Below, piece after piece: positions 49,522 through 59,316 of a DNA stretch of 64,000 nucleotides. The stretch lies in the IMG/VR virus record IMGVR_UViG_3300025018_000136, positions 1-64,000 of that record; one strand, 5' to 3'. The notes under the pieces were generated by a model. That model worked only from the letters and a program-made list of their open reading frames with translations. It had not been told where the DNA came from and ran no database searches. Positions within the stretch are counted from its first letter, which is position 1, and each line of letters opens with the position of its first letter. The stretch is from a virus (Duplodnaviria > Caudoviricetes). The position numbers and the translations under genes were made by a program.

Positions 49522-50285
49522 ATTCCATTCACCTTACTAATACTAGTTATTGCTATACCATTAATCTTTGAAGGAGCGATGCCATTAAACTTACCATTCC
49601 AACTAGTTGGTTCTCCCCCACTGAAAGGGTAAGATAAACCAACACCACTGTTGTACAAGTCAGCAATATCATATGTTGACAATGTTCTTGACCAAGTAGA
49701 AACCTCATCAATCAAACCATCATAAGACCTTGTTGCCGTAAAAGAATTAGAATAACTGCCAAGATAAGCTTGGAAACTGCCAAAACCATTAAAAGTAGTT
49801 GCCTGACTACCAACCTCAGTATTGTTGATATAAGTCTTCACTGTTGCCCCATCATAAGTAATTACTAGATGATAGAAGCTTGTGGTGTCATACCCGTTAA
49901 CATCAAATATTAATTGGGCACTCCCAGAACCATTCTTCACATAACCATTAATTCTTCCAGTAGGGCTGTTGTACGTCACAACATAAAAAGCATAAGAAGC
50001 AGTGCTTGCTGTATGAAAACAGAAAACTAAATCACTATCCACAAGAGGATAAGTCGTTGTTTTAATCCACATACTAACAGACCAATTAGTGTTGCTGGTA
50101 AAGTGAGAGTTAGAAGCCCCAAGAGCGATATAGTCTCCTGAACCGAACTCATAAGCTCCACCAATCTTTCCGCTAGCGTTATAGGAAGCCCCACTTATTG
50201 TTCCGTGAAGACTGCCAACACTAGAGTTAAAACTACCATCAGAATCAGCCTTATAATAAGCTGTTAAACCAGTAGTTTCTACCAA
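49518..50285 (-). CDS. LamG / ConA-like domain protein
   Basis: GKIGGAYEF, WSVSMWIK, YHLVITYDG, DGLIDEV. Confidence 0.8.
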   Translation of the reverse strand: MVETTGLTAYYKADSDGSFNSSVGSLHGTISGASYNASGKIGGAYEFGSGDYIALGASNSHFTSNTNWSVSMWIKTTTYPLVDSDLVFCFHTASTASYAFYVVTYNSPTGRINGYVKNGSGSAQLIFDVNGYDTTSFYHLVITYDGATVKTYINNTEVGSQATTFNGFGSFQAYLGSYSNSFTATRSYDGLIDEVSTWSRTLSTYDIADLYNSGVGLSYPFSGGEPTSWNGKFNGIAPSKINGIAITSISKVNGI

Positions 50286-50287
50286 TC

Positions 50288-51856
50288 TTATGCCACCTCT
50301 ACGTATGATTTATCAGGGTCTACGAACAACTGAGTGGTGCTTAAAGCATAACCAACAATCCTCACTATTGAAGTGCTCGTACTAGGGGCGGTAGTTGTTA
50401 TCGCTCCAGCAGTCTCACTAAGATAATAAGTTGCCCCAGCAGTCAAACCAGAAGTTGTATAAACACCGTGTGTCAGGATTGTGTTTGTTGAAACATAAAT
50501 TCCAAGCATCCCATTAGCAGTGCTCTCAGCACTAGCATCTGCTTGAACCCAGTTCGTACCATTAAAACGAGCAATATTCCCTGCTGAAAGACCACTAGGA
50601 CTGATACTCTCAAGAATCATCCCTTTAGCGTTCCAAGATAAGTTTCCGCCAAGCTGAGGAGTAGTGTCCTCAACAACATTGCTTATCTGGTCAGTGACCC
50701 CCACTTTAAGAGTGTTAGCGGCAACATCAGTTGCAATATCAATACCGTCAACAGTTCCAGAAACAGTTATGTTGCCAGTAACGTCAAAACCTGTGCTTGT
50801 AAATCTTGAAACTTCATTGCCTAAAGAACTAACAGCTACAATTCCACTTGAAGGACTCCAAAAACCAGTTGTTGTCCAATAACCTGAAGGCGAACTAAAA
50901 AATGTATAACCAGGAGCTGCTTCTGTTCCTTTCATAATGCCTATTCTTCCACCATCCATATAAGCTATTTCTACACCGCTACTTTGGAAAGAGAAAAAAT
51001 TATTATTAACACCACCTGTTTGGTTAAGCACTAAAGCATCACCACCAGTAGTGACATTTAAATCACCTGTTATCTCAAGATTACCGGACTCATCAATAGT
51101 AAACACGGGGTCTCCGGCACTATCAGATATTTCAAAATAATAAGTTGCTGAATCATTTCTAACAACTCTAAAATTCATGTCAGCAGGGGTGTTATTATAA
51201 TAACTTCTCATAGACCAATAAGGACTGTTAACTGTTCCTCCAGTGTCGGAAGGGTTAATTAACAAACTATTATCATCAGCGTTCGCAGTGTAAGTAAGAT
51301 ATTTATTAGAACTATTATAAGTTAGACTTGATGTTCCTTCTATGGTTCCATCACCAGTCCAAACAGCTATCTGGTTATCAGCAGGCGTACCTACCTTAAC
51401 AACGTCTCCACCACCACCTGCTGTGTATTGAGGGATGTTAAGTGTTGCTCCAACAAGAGTGGCTGCTCCACTAGTACCAGTAGTTGTCAACGTAATGTTA
51501 TCTTGTTTACCACTTAAGTCTTGGTCACCAGTATTTGTCCCAGAAAGATTAGAAAGTTTTATTATATCTCCAGAAGTCACAAATTTATTAGTAGTACTTG
51601 TATCATCAATATCGTCAGCATCTAATTGGTGAGGATTTCCAGTTGTTATTACTGAATGTGAATAAGCCGCATCCCAGTTAGTATTAGTAACATTTTGAAG
51701 TACTCTAGAATCAGTAATAACAGAAGTATCTCCTATTTCTAATGCAAGAGTATTAATCCTGTAAGTACCGTCCTCTATATATTCTTTCACTGAATTATAG
51801 TCATTTGCTACTATGGCATCTACTAAATCAGTTTTTGTTGTTATTGGTGCTGGCAT
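50288..51856 (-). CDS. Fibre-like virion protein
   Basis: G/T/S-rich repeats; C-terminal GLTAGATYYLS...VGYALS domain. Confidence 0.55.
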   Translation of the reverse strand: MPAPITTKTDLVDAIVANDYNSVKEYIEDGTYRINTLALEIGDTSVITDSRVLQNVTNTNWDAAYSHSVITTGNPHQLDADDIDDTSTTNKFVTSGDIIKLSNLSGTNTGDQDLSGKQDNITLTTTGTSGAATLVGATLNIPQYTAGGGGDVVKVGTPADNQIAVWTGDGTIEGTSSLTYNSSNKYLTYTANADDNSLLINPSDTGGTVNSPYWSMRSYYNNTPADMNFRVVRNDSATYYFEISDSAGDPVFTIDESGNLEITGDLNVTTGGDALVLNQTGGVNNNFFSFQSSGVEIAYMDGGRIGIMKGTEAAPGYTFFSSPSGYWTTTGFWSPSSGIVAVSSLGNEVSRFTSTGFDVTGNITVSGTVDGIDIATDVAANTLKVGVTDQISNVVEDTTPQLGGNLSWNAKGMILESISPSGLSAGNIARFNGTNWVQADASAESTANGMLGIYVSTNTILTHGVYTTSGLTAGATYYLSETAGAITTTAPSTSTSIVRIVGYALSTTQLFVDPDKSYVEVA

Positions 51857-51858
51857 AT

Positions 51859-52008
51859 TTAAGTATCCTCAATTTCTTTCTCTACATCTTGTGTTTTATT
51901 GTTTTTAAATCTTCCACCACAATAGTAACAAATACCATAAGACCCATAGTCTATGGCAGCTGTGCGTTTGCACGATGCACAAATCGTATATCTTTCATAG
52001 CTTACCAT
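51859..52008 (-). CDS. Small zinc-finger protein with its own promoter
   Basis: CASC...CYYC; ATG at 52008 about 30 nt after a TATA motif. Confidence 0.5.
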   Translation of the reverse strand: MVSYERYTICASCKRTAAIDYGSYGICYYCGGRFKNNKTQDVEKEIEDT

Positions 52009-52009
52009 A

Positions 52010-52052
52010 TATTTATATATGATTGTTCTTATATTTAAATCTTTTGGTTTTT
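52010..52052 (-). promoter_or_regulatory. BRE/TATA promoter (leaderless)
   Basis: Reverse complement reads aaaccaaaagaTTTAAATAtaagaa. Confidence 0.6.
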
Positions 52053-52158
52053 CTATGTTGTACATATACTAACATTATAATATGCAGCTGCTGGTGCAGC
52101 ATGGGTAATACTTAAATAAGCAGCATAACCGCCCCATACTCGTAAGCTCTGCTTATTT

Positions 52159-52704
52159 TCAATTTGTGCACACTCCTGCAAAAGTATAAACTGTTCCGTC
52201 ACTCGTGATAATCTCAACATAAGGCTTATTAGAAGCACTATCTTGACTATAAATTCCTGTGTAACGAGGAGAAGTAGTATAAGTCGTTCCTTCTCGCTCA
52301 TCAAGAATCTTCAACCAAAGAGTACCCGACAAATCAATATTGTTCTTATCAATAGTGTAAGAAACATAAGCCCCGTTAGTGCTCAAATCAACACCCGTAT
52401 CCTCAATATGAGCTGCAGTACTAAGCCAATCAGCCTCAGTTGCGTCAACAGTAGTACCCCAATTAGAATCAGTGCTAATGGCACTTTTAAGAGTACTAAT
52501 GTCAACTCCACCGGCTTGCTGATAATGAGGATAAACGTACAGCTTGACACTCGTAATGTCCCCCAAAGATAACCCTGTCCCGCTGAGGTCAAACCTCATA
52601 TAAGCCCTCGTACTATGATAAGTATCAAGAGGGTCACCTGGTGTGTAGTAACTACCAACAGTAAAATATGTGTTTGTTGCTCCTTTAGCAAGATAAGTAG
52701 CCAT
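52159..52704 (-). CDS. DNRLRE/CBM96-like carbohydrate-binding domain protein
   Basis: RAYMRFDLS...SVKLYVY...YSQDSASNKPYVEI. Confidence 0.55.
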   Translation of the reverse strand: MATYLAKGATNTYFTVGSYYTPGDPLDTYHSTRAYMRFDLSGTGLSLGDITSVKLYVYPHYQQAGGVDISTLKSAISTDSNWGTTVDATEADWLSTAAHIEDTGVDLSTNGAYVSYTIDKNNIDLSGTLWLKILDEREGTTYTTSPRYTGIYSQDSASNKPYVEIITSDGTVYTFAGVCTN

Positions 52705-52808
52705 TTTTAATCATCAGCCCTGACGTTCTGGGGGGTCACCAGTAAAAACCGTCTGAGTCTGTGTGATACTGCAATCACTACTATGACCGTAAACTATCGT
52801 TGAAGCCA

Positions 52809-54098
52809 TTATGCGTACCTCCATTCAATATGTATAAGAGCCTTAGTTATTGCCACGTTAGGCTCAGCCGTGAACTCTAAGTACAAAACCTTATCTGCCG
52901 CAACACTGCCGGCCGTTATTGTGCTGTCGTCTAAAACACCGCTGCTCGTGCTGAAACTATTAATAGTGGTTGCTCCTGTGAAGCTCGTCATGTCACTCGC
53001 CCACTTAACATTACCCGATAACTCATAAGAAGAGCTATCAGTCTTAGCAACAACTCTCGTCACAACAATAGCCGAGCTCGTGAAACCAAAAACGTACTTA
53101 GAATCATTATTGTACAAACCATTAGGGTTTGCAAGACCTATATCGTACTGGTGCAATTGACCCACGATGACCGAATCATCATCAACAGTCACAGTTCCTG
53201 CCGTTACGTCGCCAGTAGTGTTTAAATTATTACTTCCGAGCGCTACTGTCCCGCTTGCTGGGCTGAGTTTTAAATCTCCTGCTCCAGTGTATATTTCCCC
53301 ATCAGTTTTGTTGTGCTGCATACCAATATGATGGGTTAGAGTAGTATCATTAGCGCAAACATGAAGTTGAGGGTCAACAATGCCAGCATTAGTTGTTTGA
53401 GTAGGAGCACTTTCTCCTCTTACCCTCACAATCCCCGTACACTCGGCAGCCCCTGCCGTGTGAGTATAAAACTCCATCACACCATCATCGGTGCTCCCAC
53501 CGTTAACAAAACGAATGCCCGCACTGCTTTGACCGCCCAACATCAAGAACTTGTTATCAGCAACCAAAGGAGTGCACATAAAATAAAGAATTTTCCCACC
53601 ACTACCGGTGTTGTCAGTAACATCAATACTCGCACCCCATTGATAAACAGAACTATTCAAACCTAAATACAAGTTACTCTCAGTTATTGAAGGATAAACA
53701 GGATTAGGATTACGAAATCTTATTCTGCCTGTTGCCGATTCACTTATCTCAACACCACTTGGGAGAGTGAAAGTCTGAGCCGCCACGTCGTGACTTCCAA
53801 CATCAACATCACCAGTCGCGCCAGAATAAGGAACATAGATAAGTTCATTGCCAGCAACAGTCCAATCAGTTCCAGTCCAAATAATTTCGTCTCCTTCCTG
53901 AAATGATTGCCCAGTATTTGTTTTAGAAACATCGTTGTCAGTCACATCTGCTGCAATTTTATAGAACCAACCATTCTGAACTTCAGAACTAGTTGGAAAA
54001 TCATCATTAGAATCAATAGAACCAACAAACTGCAATGGACTAGTAAGAGAAATTTTGTAATCTAAATTACCAGTAAAAGGATTGTAAGTAAAACCCAT
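52809..54098 (-). CDS. Fibre/adhesin-like virion protein
   Basis: MGFTYNPFTG start; YVPYSGATGDVDVG fibre-like motif. Confidence 0.55.
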   Translation of the reverse strand: MGFTYNPFTGNLDYKISLTSPLQFVGSIDSNDDFPTSSEVQNGWFYKIAADVTDNDVSKTNTGQSFQEGDEIIWTGTDWTVAGNELIYVPYSGATGDVDVGSHDVAAQTFTLPSGVEISESATGRIRFRNPNPVYPSITESNLYLGLNSSVYQWGASIDVTDNTGSGGKILYFMCTPLVADNKFLMLGGQSSAGIRFVNGGSTDDGVMEFYTHTAGAAECTGIVRVRGESAPTQTTNAGIVDPQLHVCANDTTLTHHIGMQHNKTDGEIYTGAGDLKLSPASGTVALGSNNLNTTGDVTAGTVTVDDDSVIVGQLHQYDIGLANPNGLYNNDSKYVFGFTSSAIVVTRVVAKTDSSSYELSGNVKWASDMTSFTGATTINSFSTSSGVLDDSTITAGSVAADKVLYLEFTAEPNVAITKALIHIEWRYA

Positions 54099-54355
54099 TA
54101 TGATTTTGTAACGGTACTAAGGCTACTTTTACCAGAATCTGTATAGACAAGAGTAATTGTACCAGTAGTAGTCCCGCCACTACCTCCCGTTTTAAAAATA
54201 TAAACCTCAGTAGTTGTGTTTGGATAGGTAATAGTAACATAGTCATATTCAAAATTAATCATACCACTACTAACTATGTTTGTGTCTATACTGCCATCAG
54301 CATTGACTTTCATCTGCTGAGACATATTTTTTCTGTCTCCTATCTGAACTGCCAT
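54098..54355 (-). CDS. Hypothetical virion protein
   Basis: FEYDYVTITYPNTTTEVY. Confidence 0.5.
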   Translation of the reverse strand: MAVQIGDRKNMSQQMKVNADGSIDTNIVSSGMINFEYDYVTITYPNTTTEVYIFKTGGSGGTTTGTITLVYTDSGKSSLSTVTKS

Positions 54356-54357
54356 TT

Positions 54358-54717
54358 TTAAATTGTGTCGTCTTCTCTGACACCTTCTCTCTGAATATCT
54401 TGAGGATTTGTTTCTTCATCCTGTATTAATGAAATGTCTATTAAGTTTCCTTCTGTTTTTTTCTCTTCAACAGTAGAAACAATGTCTCCTTTAGCATCTG
54501 GAATCCTAAAATTAAGCTTCATAGCTCCAGTAAACATTTTATCAGAAAAAAATGCTTGAGGATTTGTTATACTGTCTTTCATAACAGTAGTCTTAATAAT
54601 TACACCATCAAACAAGAATTGTAAATCAATAAAAGAATCGCCTTCAAAATAATATATTCTGCTATTTGAAGCTAATCTCTTAAAATCTTCAAATCCTACT
54701 GATAGTGGCTGTGTCAT
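54358..54717 (-). CDS. Hypothetical protein
   Basis: 119 aa ORF in the late operon. Confidence 0.5.
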   Translation of the reverse strand: MTQPLSVGFEDFKRLASNSRIYYFEGDSFIDLQFLFDGVIIKTTVMKDSITNPQAFFSDKMFTGAMKLNFRIPDAKGDIVSTVEEKKTEGNLIDISLIQDEETNPQDIQREGVREDDTI

Positions 54718-54719
54718 TT

Positions 54720-54890
54720 TTAAGGTCTACCAACAAAAATTATAATTGACTTTACTGTAAAATCAAATTGCCCAGAAACTACATTCTGTGGTTTTGCATT
54801 AACCCTATTAAGTTCTGCGTTAACAGCATCTACGCTACCAACAATGTAATACCAATTACCATTATATCCTGTACCAACTAAAGCTCCCAT
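54720..54890 (-). CDS. Small hypothetical protein, 56 aa, not in ORF track
   Basis: MGALVGTGYNG...; GAGGTA RBS. Confidence 0.5.
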   Translation of the reverse strand: MGALVGTGYNGNWYYIVGSVDAVNAELNRVNAKPQNVVSGQFDFTVKSIIIFVGRP

Positions 54891-54988
54891 ATTATTTACC
54901 TCTACTAAAAAGTTTTTTTATCTTGTAAAATATGTTCTTAAATGAACATTTATTATATTTTAATTCCGTTCTAACGGTTTCTTTTGTT

Positions 54989-56146
54989 TTAGCCACGTCT
55001 CTCGACCTCTCTTGCACTAATATTAAAAACATCCTCTCCTGTACCCATTTCAGTAGATAATTTATCTATGTGACCAAACTCTTGTTTTCTACCGTCTTTC
55101 TTTGATTCTGATAATGCCATCATATATCTAAGTTTTGAATTCTCGTGGTTGTAAAACTCTGAACGTTCTCTAGCAGTACTTACAACTTTGTTATAAAACT
55201 CCTCATCAGTGTTAAGTTTCACAACCAACTCTCTTGCTTTCTTTATATCGTATGGGTCTATAGTTGTAAACGGATACAATAAAGGAGATGATTGTGTTCT
55301 ACTAGAACCAATATATGCTACCCCCAAAGCCGCTGCATCAACTGTAGCTCTGCTATAACTATGATATGTGAAAGGGTCATAAACAATCTTACTTTCTCTC
55401 ATCTGGTCACAAAACTGAAAATAGTTTGTTCCAGCCATAACATAATCATACAGAGGAGTTGTCGCGTGGAATCGTTGGTCTTGATTCTTATCATAACCAA
55501 TCAATCTAGTCGTCAAACCATGACCTCTTATAGCCAAAGATGGGACAAAGGTTCTGTTATCATATCTACGCCAAATAGCTGTTATTATATCTTTTCTCTG
55601 TTTAGGAGCTAAAGATTTTAATCTTCTAATATCTGCTGGATGAGGTATTACAAAACATTTACGTCCTACCATTTCTGAAAGGGCTGTTGTCTGATAATAT
55701 TCTGTGCCAAATAACATATCTGCATATGCTATTTCTCTGGACATAGTTGTTGGGAACTGAAATGCATTCTCCCAAATCTCTGTCGTATAATCATTGTTTA
55801 CTACTAATAATGTCTTACTATCTTCTCCGATTTTTGCTCTTATATCACCTATAAGATGCATATCTTGTGAAGATAAATTTACTTGCACGATATCGTAGTC
55901 ATTATAATCTTTTATGTCACGAGGACGTTTAACGTCTCCTTTAAAAACGTTAATCCATTGGTATAAACCAGTTCTTGTTAGTTCTTCTTCCAACAGTTGT
56001 CTATGAATATAATTTGTAACCAATAAATATTTAACATCTTTACTTGGTTTTCCAAACAATTCTTGACTAATTTCTTCTATTAGGTCTTCTGTTGGTTTCT
56101 GAAGTTCAGTCTCATCTACTTTTCTTTCTTTTTGATTTTCCGCCAT
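54989..56146 (-). CDS. GT-B-fold glycosyltransferase-like protein
   Basis: KIVYDPFTYHSYSRATVDAAALGVAYIGS resembles the GT4 C-terminal motif; LNTDEEFYNKV. Confidence 0.6.
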   Translation of the reverse strand: MAENQKERKVDETELQKPTEDLIEEISQELFGKPSKDVKYLLVTNYIHRQLLEEELTRTGLYQWINVFKGDVKRPRDIKDYNDYDIVQVNLSSQDMHLIGDIRAKIGEDSKTLLVVNNDYTTEIWENAFQFPTTMSREIAYADMLFGTEYYQTTALSEMVGRKCFVIPHPADIRRLKSLAPKQRKDIITAIWRRYDNRTFVPSLAIRGHGLTTRLIGYDKNQDQRFHATTPLYDYVMAGTNYFQFCDQMRESKIVYDPFTYHSYSRATVDAAALGVAYIGSSRTQSSPLLYPFTTIDPYDIKKARELVVKLNTDEEFYNKVVSTARERSEFYNHENSKLRYMMALSESKKDGRKQEFGHIDKLSTEMGTGEDVFNISAREVERRG

Positions 56147-56251
56147 TTACTACACCTACATGTGATTTGATTATATTATAACTAGCAATATCTAAGTAAT
56201 ATCGTACTTCTTCGATTAAGTTATTGCTCATTTGATTTTTTCACCTATTAT

Positions 56252-56275
56252 AAAAAAATAAAGGGGCGAAGCCCC
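56252..56275 (-). terminator. Hairpin plus U tract after the capsid-proximal genes
   Basis: Reverse complement reads GGGGC-TTC-GCCCC TTTATTTTTTT. Confidence 0.65.
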
Positions 56276-56284
56276 AAATTATAT

Positions 56285-56539
56285 TTAAGTTGCTGTACCC
56301 AAAGGTGCGCCAACGTTTGCAAATGCACCACTAGTTCCTACTGGAGCTGAGTCGCTTGCACACACTCTGTTAGCAGTGCCAACAAAGATGTAGATTGGAC
56401 TTCCACCTTTTGCTACAGGATAGAGTTTCAAATAAGGAGCTGCTTTTGTTCCTTGGTTGTCTTCATCCTTGATAACAACATGTTTTGCTTCCACTTGAGG
56501 AAGACTTATTTTTCCGTTTCGTAGACTGTATCGTCCCAT
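56285..56539 (-). CDS. Small protein downstream of the MCP (possible decoration protein)
   Basis: Position; GAGGTAA RBS. Confidence 0.45.
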   Translation of the reverse strand: MGRYSLRNGKISLPQVEAKHVVIKDEDNQGTKAAPYLKLYPVAKGGSPIYIFVGTANRVCASDSAPVGTSGAFANVGAPLGTAT

Positions 56540-56575
56540 TTTCTTTTACCTCATTTAACGTTACTAAAAGTAACA

Positions 56576-56589
56576 GGGGATTGCTCCCC
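56576..56589 (-). other. GNRA hairpin after the MCP
   Basis: Reverse complement reads GGGGA-GCAA-TCCCC. Confidence 0.55.
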
Positions 56590-56613
56590 CATTAAATTAG
56601 TAAAAAACTAAGC

Positions 56614-57621
56614 TTATGCGTCAGTAAACAAACCAAGGCAGATTGCTTTTGCATTAATAACAGTCATCTTATACCAAGCGTCCAAGAGAACTTTGTGGAT
56701 TCTCTCATCGTCTTCAGTAACGACTTTTACCTTTGCTTTTTCTTTCCACACAATACCTGCTGCAGCGCTTGGGTCAATCATGTATGCAAAGTGTCCTGCC
56801 GCTCCGAAGTTAACAGCTGCGTCACCTGTAACAAGAGTTGACACTTCAATCATGCAACCAATGTACTCTTCAATGACTCCTTTTCGGACCACACTAGGTG
56901 AACCAAATTCTGATGCATTGGTAAACTGGCTTGATTTCAAAAGCTGCTTAAACTGAGTAGGGTGCAAGAAAAGCACTGCCTCTCCAGGTCGCTTTCCGAA
57001 ATCCATGCTCTGAAGTCGGATTTTCATATCAACAACTTTGTCAACGTCAATGACGTCTCCAGCTGCCAAGTTTCCGTCTCCGGTTGCAACGGCTGTGTTG
57101 TCTGCAACAGTACTACCACCATAAATGGTTCCTGCTCCAGTCGTAGCGTTAACAGTTGCTCCTTCAAGAACTGAGTTTGCATCAGTCTCAAGGGTGTTCA
57201 AATACTGTCGAACGAGCTGCTTGTGAGCCATTTCGATTACACTAACACGAGTTGCTGAAGCAGTCTCAAATGAGATGCTACATCCACCAAGCTTAACATC
57301 TGCCGATGTAAGGCTAACTGTGATGTTGTCAGCAGTGTCGAACTTAGTCATAACACGTGCAACGCCTTCTTTGTCTGCTGTTCGTCCGCCCATAAGGTTG
57401 ATATCTCCAATCTTAGGGATGACAATCGTGACGTCATTATTTCCCATTAAGTCGTTAAACTCAAGGAAATATTTTGATAGAACACGGTCAGGTTGTGCGT
57501 CAAACACAATTCTGTCGCTCCAAGTTGAGCCCATAATACTGCCGATTCCGCCAGTTTGGGAACCCCAACTTGAACTACCAATCATTGTAACTCCACTATC
57601 GAGTTGTTCTGGTGTTTTCAT
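56614..57621 (-). CDS. Major capsid protein (HK97 fold)
   Basis: Follows portal-protease-scaffold; VIPKIG, LFLHPTQF, GVIEEYIGCMIEVS. Confidence 0.85.
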   Translation of the reverse strand: MKTPEQLDSGVTMIGSSSWGSQTGGIGSIMGSTWSDRIVFDAQPDRVLSKYFLEFNDLMGNNDVTIVIPKIGDINLMGGRTADKEGVARVMTKFDTADNITVSLTSADVKLGGCSISFETASATRVSVIEMAHKQLVRQYLNTLETDANSVLEGATVNATTGAGTIYGGSTVADNTAVATGDGNLAAGDVIDVDKVVDMKIRLQSMDFGKRPGEAVLFLHPTQFKQLLKSSQFTNASEFGSPSVVRKGVIEEYIGCMIEVSTLVTGDAAVNFGAAGHFAYMIDPSAAAGIVWKEKAKVKVVTEDDERIHKVLLDAWYKMTVINAKAICLGLFTDA

Positions 57622-57638
57622 TTTTCTAAAACCTCTAT

Positions 57639-58433
57639 TTACATATATTGTATCTTGCTGTTTCTATGGTCTCGCTCTTGCTCTCCTGCCATTTTTTGCA
57701 GTAATCCAGCGAAGAACTGTTCCTTATTATCAGCCTTGACTTCTTCTTTCTTTACTTCTACCTTTACAGGTTCCACATTACTTTCTGCTATTTCAGCTCC
57801 TTGTGAAGGACTAGTAACTTCCTCTGCAGGACTTGCTTCATCTGCTTTATCAATTGCTGCGTCAACAATTTTTTCAAACTCATCAAGTGTTTCGTCGTCT
57901 TTCTCAGAAAGCTGTTCAACAGATTTAAGTTGTCCAAGCTTCTTGAACTTAGCTGAAAGTTGCTCTAATCGCTCAAGCTTTTGCTTTTCTGCGATAGCTT
58001 TTTCAGCTTCAACATAGCGTGAAAGTTTCTCTTCAAACTCAGCCCTTTCAGACTTAAGTTCTTTAAGTTCTTTCGAAAGCTGTTCTTTAAGTGCTGAAAG
58101 GTCTTTGTTTTTTGCATAAAGCGCAACAAGTTCCTCTCGAACTTCTTTAATTACAGCTAATTCTTCTTTTGTTTCTTTTGCCTCTTTCTTAAGCTTCTCA
58201 GCTTCATCAACAGGTTCTTCGTCCTCTGAAAGTTTTTCTTTAACTTTCTCAAGAACTGATTTCTTCTTAGGTGTCTCAGAGACCGTTTCCTTCTCAACAA
58301 CAGGTTCTTTAGGTTCCTCAATCTTTTCCTCAGAAACCTTTTCAAGTTGCATCTTAGGATTAACGTCCCTAAACAACTGTTCTTTTTCAATCTCCATCTT
58401 TTGCTCCTCCGAAGAGTTTATTTTTTCTTTCAT
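57639..58433 (-). CDS. Capsid scaffolding protein
   Basis: E/K-rich coiled coil directly upstream of the MCP. Confidence 0.7.
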   Translation of the reverse strand: MKEKINSSEEQKMEIEKEQLFRDVNPKMQLEKVSEEKIEEPKEPVVEKETVSETPKKKSVLEKVKEKLSEDEEPVDEAEKLKKEAKETKEELAVIKEVREELVALYAKNKDLSALKEQLSKELKELKSERAEFEEKLSRYVEAEKAIAEKQKLERLEQLSAKFKKLGQLKSVEQLSEKDDETLDEFEKIVDAAIDKADEASPAEEVTSPSQGAEIAESNVEPVKVEVKKEEVKADNKEQFFAGLLQKMAGEQERDHRNSKIQYM

Positions 58434-58441
58434 AATCGTTT

Positions 58442-58711
58442 TTACCCTCTCATATTACCAAGCCAACTATCAACCATAAAATTAATACGGTCTCTATGAG
58501 TAACTTCCCCAACATTCATTTCCTTGTCCAAATTCTTTTTAAGGACACTATTAGCTGCTTGAAAAGCTCTTCCCTCTGCCTGCTTGGCGTCTTTTGATTC
58601 TCGTAATACCTTTGCATACACACTATTAAAAACATGCATCCACTGGCGTTGTTTGGTTTGAGAGTATTTCTTTACATGTTCAGGTAAAGAATCGACTGAA
58701 TCGTAAGGCAT
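58442..58711 (-). CDS. chaB: ChaB family protein
   Basis: MPYDSVDSLPEHVK...QRQWMHVFNSVY...AANSV. Confidence 0.8.
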   Translation of the reverse strand: MPYDSVDSLPEHVKKYSQTKQRQWMHVFNSVYAKVLRESKDAKQAEGRAFQAANSVLKKNLDKEMNVGEVTHRDRINFMVDSWLGNMRG

Positions 58712-59316
58712 TATGCATCAACCTCTATAAAATTTCCACTTACTGCTCCATCCATTACAAGAGATAACTCTTTAAATGCAAGGTCTATACCGACAATACC
58801 ATATTTATCATCTGGAACTCCCTCAGAGAATACAGTTACGCTAACCTCTTTAATAGCTCCATCTAAAATATTTCTTGCGAAAGTCTCATCATTAATATGC
58901 CCCCACCATCTAATACCTTTAATCTTATCATCATACTTAATCTTATCAACCATACCAATAACTGTTGATGCTTCATTATCTCTATGGTCAAGCATTAAAG
59001 GAAATTTAGAGTTAATAGGATTAACAGATGCTTTTGCTAATTCATCTGCGGTATAAAACTTTTTCTTTGGTCGTCCTTCATATAAGAACACACCACGAAC
59101 CTTAAGCGGTAATATAAATTTGTCAGACAATTGTTCCGCATATTCAATTGTGCTAGAGAACACTTCCTCTGAAGGTGTTTCTCTTTGTGTTTTGTAATAG
59201 TCGTTAATTACATTAATTCTCATAAGTTTTTCCTCATCAGAGTACTTAAATCTCATAAGAGATAAATAATTATCAACTCTACGCAAAACTTCTTCTGTTC
59301 TGTTTTCTTCATTCAT
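58711..59316 (-). CDS. Prohead protease
   Basis: PLMLDH...IG, EVSV, FKELSLV. Confidence 0.75.
   Translation of the reverse strand: MNEENRTEEVLRRVDNYLSLMRFKYSDEEKLMRINVINDYYKTQRETPSEEVFSSTIEYAEQLSDKFILPLKVRGVFLYEGRPKKKFYTADELAKASVNPINSKFPLMLDHRDNEASTVIGMVDKIKYDDKIKGIRWWGHINDETFARNILDGAIKEVSVTVFSEGVPDDKYGIVGIDLAFKELSLVMDGAVSGNFIEVDA

Noticed and set aside
54890-56240. Short ORFs near 54900-54995 (GTG start) and 56110-56231
   Set aside because: About 30-39 codons with no motif, and the second overlaps the GT start out of frame; insufficient support
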